DNA of 57,772 bases, filler included, from Catajapyx aquilonaris (taxonomy: Eukaryota): assembly GCA_000934665.2 (NCBI GenBank). It is 2 parts of 2 records of this genome, joined end to end, with 100 filler letters (N's around TTAATTAATTAA, not from the genome) between each part and the next. Parts side by side here need not be neighbours in the genome. Positions count along the whole stretch, not along the records: positions 28,969 to 57,772 come from KZ539239.1; 1 more part is not named here. One strand, 5' to 3'. The notes beneath the pieces are model-generated. The model made no database searches and was not told where the DNA came from. It was given only the letters and a program-made list of their open reading frames with translations. Shown one piece after another: positions 38,201-50,261 of the stretch; the stretch's first letter is position 1; the number at the start of each line of letters is the position of its first letter. Both the position numbers and the translations under genes were made by a program.

Positions 38201-38500
38201 ATAATTAATTTGATACCCCATTATCAGCCTACGGGCTTTCCTAGGGGGGGATTTCTCCCAATTTTTTGTCTGGAACTCTTCCAATTTTTACTATTTTTCT
38301 CATCACCGGAATGAAGCAGGGAAAGGGAAGGAAGGAGGCGGCTGTGGCCTATATTACGGTAACGACCCCGGAATTATCCTGCAAGGACCATGGGAAACCA
38401 CAGAAAACCATGGTCAGGGTCGCCGGCCTCCGGGATTCGAACCCAGGACCTCCCGATTAGCAGTCGGACACCATACCACTACACCACTACTGCTTCGGTA
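38201..38500 (-). mobile_element. tRNA-derived SINE (family C)
   Basis: B-box GGTTCGAATCC; TSD AATACTATTACATGTA at both flanks. Homologous to 49558-49889. Confidence 0.85.
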
Positions 38501-38922
38501 ATACTATTACATGTACTGACTATTACATAAAATCGGCCTCAGGCTGCGAAAATGTAACCGGGAGAAAATATTATTGTCCTCAAGAGTGGAGGACAGTAAG
38601 CATCCGCGACTCCCAAAACCTGCCGGCAAAACTATTCTCAGGAGGGTGGCCAGAGTCACGCAACTTTTATTGTTGTCTGCTGTCGACTATCTCAATCTGA
38701 GAAGAACTATGCAAAAAGCTGGTCAACGAGGGTAATGCATTTCAAAAATCAAATGACCAGAATGTGAGACCTAAATCATGTCCAGCAACTCTAGGGGGAA
38801 TACGAGACACTCCCCATATAAATTGACGCTCTGGCTCATATGATACGAGGTCACCCTCAAAGTTTGTCGATAGAGGTGAACACCCTGTATCCTGATTACA
38901 TCAACTTAGTATATCACACCAG

Positions 38923-39240
38923 CTGCAGCTTAGGAAACACAAAACTAAGGAATATTATGCTACTCACCGCCCTGCGACTTGTTGATTGGTATATGGGAAG
39001 AATGGATTCCGGGCCTTTCTCGACTAGGAGGAGATGGTATAGTCAAACCTAAGATGCTGTCCAGTATTTCGGTCTTAAAGTAATATTAGAGTAAATGGCA
39101 AGTCCCTCGGGAGTAAATTAGAACTTGACAGACTTTGTAAACCTCATCTCCAACAATGAGTGTTTACGTGCAAAGTTAGGGAAACCATTGGCTTATTTCA
39201 CTGAGGATCACATATAGGAGGCATTATTTTACGCAGCACC
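38923..39240 (-). other. Diverged duplicate of the putative 5' leader exon plus 45-nt intron (leader copy 2)
   Basis: Shares the identical blocks TGGCAAGTCCCTCGGGAGTAAATT and CAACAATGAGTGTTTACGTG with copy 1. Donor GTGAGT at 38967 and acceptor CTGCAG at 38923. Confidence 0.55.
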
Positions 39241-39908
39241 CTTGAAACCGGACTCGTTTCGGAAACTGCTCACTATTTGATTGGTTGGTACCGGTCGGTA
39301 CTGACACTATTGTCAACCTGAACTACTGTTCACTGATCATCTGATTTCACATCAACAAGAATGAATTCTGCTGGTAAATATTGTTGTCGTTGGTGCCAAC
39401 AACGTTCACCTACTGTATGTCGACATGCAATCAGATGATCAGGGTTGGCATTACTGTCCGTAGCACTCAAATTGTCAGTCGTTCCAGAACGGGTCCGGTT
39501 TTCATGGCGCTGTGTAAGTCACAATAATGTGAGGAAAGGTCTTTCCATCCTTTTCCACCGATGCCTTTTCCCGTATCCGGTGGCCTACGACCTATTAATT
39601 TTATATCTTACTTTCATTTCCTATTTTTACAAGATTGAAGATATCTGCAATCGGGAAGCGCCCTGGAAATGTTTTCATAGGGTGACATTTTGCTCATATT
39701 ACTACTAGTTACTTCTAACTTAGCAGTACCAGTGTAGTGCAATGGTGCTGCTAAGCAGGGCCGGCCCTAGGTGGGTGCGGGGCCTAGGGCAAGAACTAAA
39801 TGTGGGGCCTATTCTCCGTGAGTGAATTACTGTACAACACGAATTGCGTATCCAACAATTTTGTTGGCTGACTTTCTATAATAACGTACAACTTAGGGGT
39901 GTAGACAG

Positions 39909-41252
39909 TTGCGTTAAAAAGATTGAAATTGCAAATTTTAAACATTTAATTTTTAAAATTATACCCCTTTATTTTTCGCTGGTTTTCACGTATGTTGTAG
40001 CCCTACATGTGAACTACATGTGGCCATATCAGTCCTGTTGGCTAGTATAATACTAAGGAAGATTGGGCCTCTTAAGCGAGACCCCCTCCATATATGTCGT
40101 CATTATGATGGGTACACCCAACATGCAAATCGCCCCACCTTGCTCAGTGCAAATGTTGATATTCAAGTTGGGATGATCACTGGTGAGAGTACGACACATG
40201 TAAGACTCCTTTGGTAGCCCACACCCCCCTCCCCAAGCAAACCCATGCCTCCCACCCCACAAACACACCTAGCCAATATTATAATTATATTGTAGTGGTC
40301 CTGTTGGCCACATTGTGTTATTGTTGTGTAGCAACAAGAATAGTGTTCAGTCTAGAATAAAATGTTAGAGAGAACTGACGTGTTCTGGAACTCGGGCACT
40401 GCCTTGTCTGGCCATGGTCCCTGCTGGTGGCAAGGGGTCCACTACAATATTATATATAATAAGATTACGCTTCTGCTCACCCTTCACGCGGATGTGGAGA
40501 CTTGACACGTCCACTCCTTGAACCATGGCTTGATCGAACAGAACTTCCTGACATTTCTGGAGGAAGGAGGGTCGACTGTGGTTGATGTACTCCTCTAGGT
40601 CATGCGGGAAACGTCTGTGGACACTCCTGATGGCTTCGGCTATGGTAGCGACTAGGTGGAACAGACTAGCGGTCTCCAGCAACTCGGGTTGGAGGTAAAC
40701 AGGCATGTCTGCAACACAACAAAAGCCTCGACATTATTTCAAAAAGAGGGTCAAAATAATGTCGAGGCTTTTGTTGTGTTCCAGAACACGTCAGTTCTCT
40801 CTAACATTTTATTCTAGACTGAACACTATTCTTGTTGCTACACAACAATAACACAATGTGGCCAACAGGACCACTACAAAAATATTGGCTAGGTGTGTTT
40901 GTGGGGTGGGAGGCATGGGTTTGCTTGGGGAGGGGGGTGTGGGCTACCAAAGGAGTCTTACATGTGTCGTACTCTCACCAGTGATCATCCCAACTTGAAT
41001 ATCAACATCTGCACTGAGCAAGGTGGGGCGATTTGCATGTTGGGTGTACCCATCATAATGACGACATATATGGAGGGAGTCTCGCTTAAGAGGCCCAATC
41101 TTCCTTAGTATTATACTAGCCAACAGGACTGATATGGTCACATGTAGTTCACATGTAGGGCTACAACATACGTGAAAACCAGCGAAAAATAAAGGGGTAT
41201 AATTTTAAAAATTAAATGTTTAAAATTTGCAATTTCAATATTTTTAACGCAA
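39909..41252. mobile_element. Foldback element with near-identical inverted arms of about 480 bp and an internal exon-like segment
   Basis: 39909-40391 is the reverse complement of 40778-41252 (ORFs 40053-40268 and 40893-41108 are identical). There is an inner hairpin at 40713-40780. Confidence 0.9.
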
Positions 41253-41680
41253 AAATTTAAAGTTTTAAAATTAACCATAGAATACGATTATATCAACCTT
41301 TCTGAGTAAATTGATATCAAAAGCACATCTGTCTCACGATTAGTTGCGGAGAAACAGCCAAAAGAAATATGGCTCTCAAAGAAAAGGCTCAAAATGACCC
41401 CCCCCCCCCAAAACGGGTAAAAATCAAAATATTTCAAAACGCTTTGGTACAATGTTTTAGCAGCGCTAGGTCACCATAACCTGTGAATATCATTCAAATC
41501 CGCCACATCAAGGGTACAAAGGGGGCCCCACTGACATGGAATGACCCCTATTAGAAACACATAACTTTGTCAAATATTGCTCAATTTTCATGAGACAAGT
41601 TTCATTTTGTTAGCTGCTTTAGGCGTGTATTCGCTTTGCGAGGCGCTAGGGCTCGGCACCTCCCCGTGGGGCCCCACTTG

Positions 41681-41856
41681 TGCTGTGGAACTGACATCTC
41701 CATAAGTTCAGCGCCTCTTATGGCACAGCTATGCACTAACGCCTATAGAGCCGTATTATAGACAACGTATTATAGACAACGTATAGAGCTGTAGGCGTTA
41801 GTGCATAGTTGTGCCATAAGAGGCGCTGGACTTATGGAGATGCGAGTTCCACAGCA
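41681..41856. repeat. Palindromic MITE-like hairpin
   Basis: TGCTGTGGAACT..CATCTCCATAAGTTCAGCGCCTCTTATGGCACA is mirrored by TGTGCCATAAGAGGCGCTGGACTTATGGAGATG..AGTTCCACAGCA. Confidence 0.8.
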
Positions 41857-43771
41857 GGATTCCATTGCACATATATTAGCACCACTGCCGGAAGAGATAA
41901 CGGCACAGCTTTTTCTATTGCCCTGGGATAGAAGTGTCCCTGGGCTGGTTAAAACACACATTTCCGTCCCCACAGCTAATGTCGTACAAGCACACATTGT
42001 TTGTTCCCCTCTGGACCCACTCAAAGCTGGTGGGAGGGGCATGGGATTGAACCCAGGGCATACTCAGCTGCAGTGAAATGAGTTTGGGTCACTGGGGTTC
42101 AAGGTCACACGGCGCGGGGCCACCCAGAAGCGCGGGGCTCCGGGCGGTCGCCCGGACTGCCCACCCCTAAGGCCGGCTCTGCTGCTAAGTTAGCAGTAAC
42201 TAGTAGTACGACGAAAATATATTCCACAGTCTATAATAGTGAATAAAGGTTCTCATGGAAAAAATTTTGCTGCTGGGTCAAGCTTCTATATATATATATA
42301 TATACCTGGCGCCTGAGACGCAGTACTGGCCAATGAACTGCAAAATGCATGGATCAGCCGTTTGCATTTTTGCCGTTTTTAGAAACAATACTCCTCTGTA
42401 CCAGATTCCGCCGGATGCGCTGACCTTGGCCGGACACCGAAGCATGCCAGTCAGAACTATGACAATGTAATATGATACCCCCCCTGTCTTTCTGAATTGT
42501 GTTTTTCTGCCTTGAAAGCACTGTGGTGTGTCCTTCAAGGAACCTGGTGAGATATAATTATGCCACATCTATAAGCTCTTCGCGATGGAAGTAGAATAAA
42601 CGACTGCCAGTTGTTTGAAGATTTGAGTTTCCTAATCGACTGGTATTACTTTAGTGATGGCATCCGGTTGCAATAAAGTGTTGGGTTGCATATTATCAAG
42701 CAGTCACTATTTTTTGCCACGTATTACCCCCGATTACTTCCAGGTCCGCCTAACTGCCTAAGTGCAACTAAGCCACATTGTCGAGTGTTTTTTTTCTATT
42801 TTGAAGTAATTTTAAACCCTTGGGATTAGTGCCTTGAATTGGACCAACTTTTGCAATGCGTGTCCTGGAGAAGTTCTGGAGAGGAATGTCCTAAAACCCA
42901 GCACGGGTTTTAGGACATTCCTGCTCTCAAACACTCTCTGCCTTTATCTTGCAAGCCAACTAAATCCTATAAATGCATGGATAAGCTATAATTATGTGCT
43001 TTCTCGTAAGCACATTTTCGGAAACAATAAGGCTTCTCTGCACTGCGTCGGGTGTATAGTGACCTTCACTACCTTCACCCACGCCTATGATTTCCTGCCC
43101 GATCTTTGCCCATGTTACTTGAGACCAAGCGTTACGATGCTTTATCATAAAATACGACGCACGATGGCATTTTAGAAACAATATTGGTCGCTTCTCGCTT
43201 GTGTTTCAAGAATCCTCATGACCAAGCTCATGACACGGTCCATTACTAAGATATTGTGAATGACGCGTGACGGCGCATTTATCATTTTCGTAGGGAGGAT
43301 TGGGAATTATTAACAAGTCACAAGTGCATCTACTATGCCATGTCAATACGAGTATAATGGTCTTGTCTACTATCGCCAGAAATCAAGGTTTATGGGCACT
43401 TAATAATCTGTTGAGAATGGCTTTTCGACACTGACAACTGATTCCATTTAGGAAACAGGCTGAATTGAAAAATAATGGCAGCTATGCTCCAGCATCTCAA
43501 ATTTTGCCATTAAAAACGAGAAATCTCAGTGAAAAATATGGCCTTTGTTATTTTCCTGCTTGGGCAACAATCGTGCGTGGCAGATAATCTAGTAGGCCTA
43601 TATTTCAAGTAGTTTTTGACACAAAACCTATTCATAATTATACAGGGCGTTTCGCCGGAGGCACCTTAAGAGGTCTTCATTAATCGCAGACAATTAAAAG
43701 AGGCAATAAAAATTTTGCTTTCAGTCTTGAATATACCCCGCTTTACTCCGCGTTATGAGTGGACTCATTAA

Positions 43772-43919
43772 GGGCCAGTTGCACCGGCCTCAGTATAACT
43801 TAGAACCTCGGGTATAACAAGAATTGCCATAGCAATCATTGTTGGTCAACAACGATTGCTATGGCAATTCTTGTTATACCCGAGGTTCTAAGTTATACTG
43901 AGGCCGGTGCAACTGGCCC
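43772..43919. mobile_element. PIF/Harbinger-like palindromic MITE
   Basis: Near-perfect 148-bp palindrome GGGCCAGTTGCACCGGCC...GGCCGGTGCAACTGGCCC, flanked by TAA on both sides. Confidence 0.9.
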
Positions 43920-44991
43920 TAAGAGTATGGTGATGATTATTATATTAACTAGGCCATTCGAGGCACTCACAAAATAATGCCCATATTGCCGTGGGGTCAT
44001 ATGTCACTGCGATGGGGTGCAAAAGCTATTCAAAAAAATAACATCTTCGAGCGAACCTATAACTAAAGGGCCCAATACACTTAGAACATCCTGTATACAG
44101 TGTGTTTCAGCAGTATTTCCTGAAATGGTTAGCTATTTTTGGCTCTAAACTATTTTATATAACTAAACAGCTAATATATAGTAACTATATTACTAATATT
44201 AGTATATTACAGTACATATTTCCAAATGCATTTGCTGTCTATCTTATAGGGTGGATAATAAAGCTATCTCTTCAGGTAATGAATTGCACTTTTTCGGAAG
44301 CATGAGTTTTGCAACTTTAAATTTAAAATTATGAAAGATTTACGAGCATATAATGGAAGATTATGATATAACTTACTGTATTAATAGCCCTAGCAGCTTA
44401 TATGCAAAAATTGAAAACCAACACTCCGGATTATTCAGCTGGAACGTGCTTCATTATCTGTAATATTATTATATAAGAGCAGGGATTCGCTCAGACCGGC
44501 CAAGTCTTACCGGATCTTCCCCTTTTGGACACGTCATGATGGTGATAACAGGAAGGCCTTCCTTATGCGTGCCATAATCATTTCATTTTTTTCCGATTTT
44601 TGGCCCTGCAGGTGCAGCTCATACTTGGCAGTACTAAACATGGACAGAAAAAATTATGAAGATAACCGAAAACAAACCCCACCACCTCGCGTTACGTAAA
44701 ATATGGGGAAGCCCCCCACCCACCCTACCCCCCTCTAATGGAATAAAAGTAACTTAATTATGAATGAACTGAAAGATACTCATGGCTCACTTTTAGCACT
44801 GACATTTACATATTTATATACTGACATGTGGCTTAGAAAAAAAACAACCCCATATGTACACATCACTCAGCGAAACACTTCATAATTGAATAACTGTCCC
44901 TTGTCCAACGACCTTCTTTATTGACGACTGCGCTTTCTTGGTGTGAGAGTACTTGTATGATACATTGAAGCTGACGTTTGCGCTTGGCGCT

Positions 44992-44992
<1 letters not shown>

Positions 44993-45038
<46 letters not shown>

Positions 45039-45066
45039 TTCTTCTTCTTCTTCTGCTGCTGCTGCT
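44993..45066. repeat. Compound trinucleotide microsatellite (CGT)n(CTT)n(CTG)n
   Basis: Directly visible in the sequence. Confidence 0.95.
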
Positions 45067-45109
45067 CTTGAGCCGTCACTGCAGACTCAGGTTCGCGAAA
45101 CTTCATGCC

Positions 45110-46226
45110 CAGGGACGGAAAAAGAACCGCGACCTTTCCATCAGAACCGCTTCTTACGCTTCGGACACCGACAACCGCTTCGCACATGATTGTGGAAGCG
45201 CTTAAACACCACTACTGCTTCTGCTTTCATAACCTACTATTCGACAATATTCTGTTGCAAACTTGCAACCGGTTCTCACTCAGTTGCAAATCCAGGAACC
45301 GCTGCGAGAAGCGCTTCTGTGGGTTCCCAAGAACATGTAGGCCTAACTATTTCGGGCTAAGCGTGTTGCGTTTTCTGGGTTCTCGGCGTTGCAGGCAAAA
45401 TCGACTGTTGTTTGTTAGAGTCGTATTGTATGTAATGCTCCCGTCGGGAATGAGCCACGAAGCCGAGCGCCCCCAACCGAACTCATTTCGACCGATCTGG
45501 TGACTACGCTCCCTGCTATCGGTTAGCGTCATCGTTCGGCGGGGCACGGACAGCCCGTTCGGCACGACCAGTATACGGGTCCTGGGACCAACGTCCGGAC
45601 CGGGTGCCACCCCACGGCCCACGGGCGATCTTGCAGGCTGACGAGTTGGATGCCTTGTTGTATTCATAATACACCCGGACAAATTCATGTGGCCTCTTCA
45701 TTTTCTTGGGTGGAGCACTGGAGGTGTATAGCTGGTGTATAGCCTCCGAGTCGGACATGGTGTACTGTACGTGTAGGTGCCGCAGAAATCCTATCACCTT
45801 TCGGCTAGACCCTCGGCTCTGTTATGATGAAACTGTGCCGCCAATTATAAGTTCTTTGTGTGCCGCTGTGCGATAATGTCATCCAGAAGCCAGTTTGACC
45901 AACATATGTCACCATTTGACCATTCGACTGTTTGTGCTCCAGTGTACACTTTTACAGGCAGTGTCGCAGTGAATACCCCCCCTTGGGCGAAAGAGAACGA
46001 GGAACCGCTAATCGCTTCCGCAGAACCGGTATAGCAGCTTCAAAAAAAGGCATCCGGTTCCGCTTCTATACAACCGCTCCCATGTTCGCAAAGAGCTTCC
46101 GGTTACCGGATGCCAAGGGTACCGAGAAATTCGGAAGCGGTTCTTATAGGCTACCGGATCCGGAGCGATATCATAGAAGCTATATCATAGAAGCTTCTAT
46201 TAGAAGCGGTTCTTTATCCATCCCTG
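45110..46226 (-). mobile_element. hAT transposon deletion derivative with a BED-finger-like remnant
   Basis: TIRs CAGGGACGGAAAAAGAACCGC / CAGGGATGGATAAAGAACCGC; TSD TTCATGCC / TTCATGCT; AGAACCG subterminal repeats. The minus-strand peptide ...KRPHEFVRVYYEYNKASNSSACKI resembles the start of a BED finger. Confidence 0.85.
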
Positions 46227-47055
46227 TTCATGCTACGCCATTTTCTGGGATTGACGATCTCAGGGGAAAGGCAATCGTTGTAGAAGACCGTCAATATTGT
46301 GCTTTCATCTTCGTACCCCAGAAATTGTCATCACGTAATTATACGTTGTACGCTCAAGCCCAAAGGAAAACGGGAAGGCAAACATTGGAGGGAAATGAGA
46401 AATCATATTTTAAAAAACTGTGCTCCTGCAATGAAGATTATAGTCACAATTTATAGTGACACATTTATCCAAAAGAGGCAAGCATTTATGTGACAGACAT
46501 TATTCACAAACAGTATGTTATCAGCAATTATTATGGATATTATCGACAGTTATTATATTATAAACCATTGTGGTCAGATATAGTTATTATAGACAGTTAT
46601 AGATGTTATATAGTTATGACTATTTTAGGGGCGGTAGCCCCTAAGTAAGACCGTACAACAATTTTCAACTATGAATTTTTCCTACTTGTTATTACGTTTT
46701 TTTAAATTTCGCCCTAACTCAAATTCCGCTGTAGGTAGAGCTTCCAAATTTCGAACACAGATCCCCACCGTCGTGAAATCTACCTCGGTTATTGCAGCAT
46801 GCCGGCTTCCCCTGGATTATATCGGCATGCGGGTCGACCTTGTTTTATATCGTCGTGCTGCTTTATGACAGGTAATACGGTAGTTATTATAGTTGTAGGC
46901 ACTAATATTATTATACATAATAACATACCTTTTAAAATGCAATACAATCTACGTGAAGGTCACAGGTTGTGCTCGTAATATATTACTGGCCTTTTTTTTA
47001 CATCAGTCTATTTATTTGTACTTGTCCATATACACGAACTTATTGCACTTAGAAT

Positions 47056-47232
47056 CAGCGGCGTAGCCAGGAAATTTGTAAGGGGGGGGGGGGGCTATGT
47101 GAGGGAAGAACGAAGAGGCCCGTCCCAGGCGAAAATTTCTCTGCTGTTCAAGCTCACACAAGCTACAATATTTGCGCATGTGCGTTTTAACACCTTAAAA
47201 TTGCGGATTGGAACCCCCCGCCTACACCACTG
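47056..47232. mobile_element. hAT-type MITE
   Basis: Ends CAGCGGCGTAG / CTACACCACTG; perfect 8-bp TSD CTTAGAAT. Confidence 0.85.
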
Positions 47233-47633
47233 CTTAGAATCAATTGTTAGCTACATGAAAACTTGCATTGAGATTAACATGCGCAACAATCAGGAACTTT
47301 GGCAGGGATAATCAATCAATTCCTTATTGACCTAACAAGGCTTGAGCTAATTAACAAAAAAGGAACCCTGATACAGACGGACAATGTATGTGGAAATGTC
47401 CGGTTGTCACCAAATACAAAGTAATCAGAGACTGAAACTAGAACCAAACTTCAAAATAATGCACATTAACAAAATATTGCCAACTCAATTCTCACTTGTC
47501 AATTGCAACTTTCCATATTTCAAAAAAAATCTTGACATGGATGCAACTTCCATAAAAACAAAAAAATACTGACATGGATTGTACTGTATATACCAAACTA
47601 ACCTCTTAATAATTGTCAGAATTTGCAATGTCC

Positions 47634-48871
47634 GTACATGGGTTGTTTCATAAGTCATTGCAAGTATTTTTAAATTCTAAAACGGTAACACACACAGAGA
47701 TGACCTTGGCTGAGTTTCTGGCGATTACAATTTCATCTGATATAATAGATGTAGCCCATATCACGGGGGCGGGGAAACAAAGGGGGGTCATGACCCCCCC
47801 ACCGCACCATCGCCCTAAGACGGCCCGAGCCTGACGCACTTAGAGCTGTTGGACGCTGCATGCAGGACACTTGGAAATGGACAACATGGAATGTGGGACA
47901 AGTTCGGAGCACTATGACCGGAGCCATGACTGTGTCATCCATCGCCACAAACCGTTTTTAAAAAACCACCGCCGCAGTGCCCTCACTACGATCGAGTTTC
48001 AAGCGAGGGCAATCTCAAAGAGATGGTGAGGAATCGGTGAGGATACCAACTCCCTGAGAACTTTTAGTCTTTCAGAGTCCTAATAAGCATAGTGCTCTGA
48101 CTTGTCCCACACTCGAAAGCAAGCTGGCGTGTTGTCCATCTCCAAGTGTCCTGCATGCAACGTTCAACAGCTCCAAGCGCATCGGGCTTGGGCTGTCTTA
48201 GGGCGATGGTGCGGTGCGCTGGGGGTGTGTGTGTGTGTGTGATCAGACATTGCTATCCTTGTGAGGATTTTTTTCGCTTGTTTCCTATCCTTGTGAGGAC
48301 CGAAAACCTTACGAGGACTTTTTTCAGGCCCTCATAAGGTACACAGTCCTCACAAGGATGGCGGAAAATCAAACCAAGACCTCCTTTTTACTGTGAAAAA
48401 ATAGGTCACCAAAATATCGTGTGTTTTTTGTAGCTTAGGTTAGGTTAGTTTTAAATTTTTATTTTTGCCAGACCCTCACAAGGATAGCACATTATAACAT
48501 GGGTGTGTGTGATCAGGTCTTGACTAAGGTCTGGGGACGGAAGTCTGTGGTTTTACTGTAGCTGTGGGGACCAGTTCCAATTGTGGGGACATTTGTCGGT
48601 CCCCACAGTCTCACACACGCGAAGTGTACCATTACAGTGGGGACATGTGTAAATTAGTGGGGACATGTCCCCACTATTTTCATTTGTAGGGTTTCACAAA
48701 AGTCCATTTTTCTCAGCCTAGGTTACTTAGGGTACGGTAGGTTAGGTAGGGTAGGTTAGGTAGGGTAGGTTAGGTTAGGTTAGGTTAGGTCAGGTTAGGT
48801 TAGGTTAGATCAGTTTACACTCGCAGTGAAAAGTGATCAATGTCCGTCCCCACGCCTTAGTCAAGACAAGG

Positions 48872-48904
<33 letters not shown>

Positions 48905-49082
48905 TGTGTCATGACACCCCTTTGTTTCCCCGCCCCCCCTCGCGATATGGGCGACATCTATATATCAGCTCAAATTGTAGGTAATCACCAGAGCTTCAAA
49001 ACTCAGCGAAGGTCATCTCTGTATGTGTTACCATTTTAGAATAAAAAAATACCAGCAATAACTTATGAAACAACCCACGTAT
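47634..49082. mobile_element. Long-TIR element with two nested inverted-repeat elements at (GT)n tracts and an internal (TTAGG)n array
   Basis: 47634-47795 mirrors 48908-49082, and 47800-47905 mirrors 48095-48220. Nested elements lie at 48241-48500 and 48511-48870; TTAGG/GTAGG repeats at 48719-48808. Confidence 0.75.
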
Positions 49083-49557
49083 AAATAAAATTAAAATACT
49101 GACATGGATGCAACTTCCATATGTGGAGTGACCAATCAAAATGCAACAAGCGCCAAAATTTTCAAAAAGGTGGTAGTACGTTCTTGAGGCTCGCGTCTAC
49201 GTGTGTGTTAGATTGTGACATCTCTAAATGCAATATCTACCATGTTATAAGGGCTGGAAAATGGAGTGTTGCTTCAAAACGCAATATGTGACCCATACCA
49301 GCTACTTCAAAATGCAACATGCGGCAAGCAGCCAATGGTTCCTGCTGATAGAAGATACTAAGAATTTATCACAGTTTAATAATACGGCCAATGCTGATAA
49401 TCGATCAAAACGCAACATCTGACACGTGTACCCAATCAAAACGCAATATGTTAAATTTGGATTAATTTTTTTCTTGTGACTAGACAATTCCTGATTTCAT
49501 TAACATACTACACCATTAACCACCTATGCATATGGGCATAATGTACTGCACATTTTG

Positions 49558-49832
49558 ACCGAAGCAGTGGTGGCTGAGGGGATGTGGTATCCGACTGCTA
49601 ATCGGGAGGTCCTGGGTTCGATCCCCGGGGCCGTCAACCCTAACCGTGGTTTTCTGTGGTTTCCCACAGTCCCTCCAGGTAAATGCTGGGGTTGTTTCCT
49701 AAAAATAATAGGCCACAGCTGCTTCCTTCCGTCCCTATCCCATCCCCAAAAGCGAAGTAAAAATGCAAAGAAAGAGTTCCAGTCAAAACAAAACTCCCCC
49801 CTAAAGAGCCGCCGGCTGATAACGAGGTATGA

Positions 49833-49889
<57 letters not shown>
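49558..49889 (+). mobile_element. tRNA-derived SINE (family C) inside a TIR element (about 49120-50001)
   Basis: B-box GGTTCGATCC, (ATT)n tail, TSD TACTGCACATTTTG. Host TIR TATGTGGAGTGACCAATCAAAA / TTTTGATTGGTCACTCCACATA. Confidence 0.85.
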
Positions 49890-49892
<3 letters not shown>

Positions 49893-50261
49893 TGCACATT
49901 TTGTTTCTTGGTCACATCCCATTTGGGAGCAATAGGTTTTTGTTGAATATCTCGAAATAGCTTTGTTGGTGGATGTTGCGTTTTGATTGGTCACTCCACA
50001 TAATTATATAAATCAAAAAATAAGGACAAGGATGGTACCAAACGTAAAAAAGAATAATTCAAGTCTCACTGTCTTGTCCATTGCAACTTCCATATATAAA
50101 TCAAAAAATAATGACAAGGATGATACCAAATAAAAAAAATCATAATTCAACTCTCACTTGTCAGTTGCAATTTCCATATAACTTAAATCAAAAAAATACT
50201 TCCATGGATTGTACCAAACAAATGCAAAGAAAAACATGTGGGGTTTTGCAAGCGCAAGGGC

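Larger units (their letters stand above)
39756..42181. mobile_element. hAT-type non-autonomous element hosting nested insertions
   Basis: Ends CAGGGCCGGCC / GGCCGGCTCTG; perfect 8-bp TSD CTGCTAAG at 39748-39755 and 42182-42189. Confidence 0.85.

Noticed and set aside
39090..39190. Telomerase RNA template (CCCTAAC) or RNase MRP (CAAGTCCCTCGG resembling GAAAGTCCCCGG)
   Set aside because: The template-like word is absent from the paralogous copy, and no other RNase MRP/P conserved regions or H/ACA boxes are visible.
40020..41141. Duplicated small protein genes (ORFs 40020-40217, 40053-40268, 40893-41108, 40944-41141)
   Set aside because: They are mirror images produced by the foldback arms and have no recognisable coding features.
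44918..45205. Poly-Ser, poly-Arg or poly-Thr proteins
   Set aside because: They are translations of a trinucleotide microsatellite and cross a transposon boundary.
48719..48808. Telomere or chromosome-fusion scar
   Set aside because: The TTAGG run is short, degenerate, in one orientation and enclosed within an inverted-repeat element.
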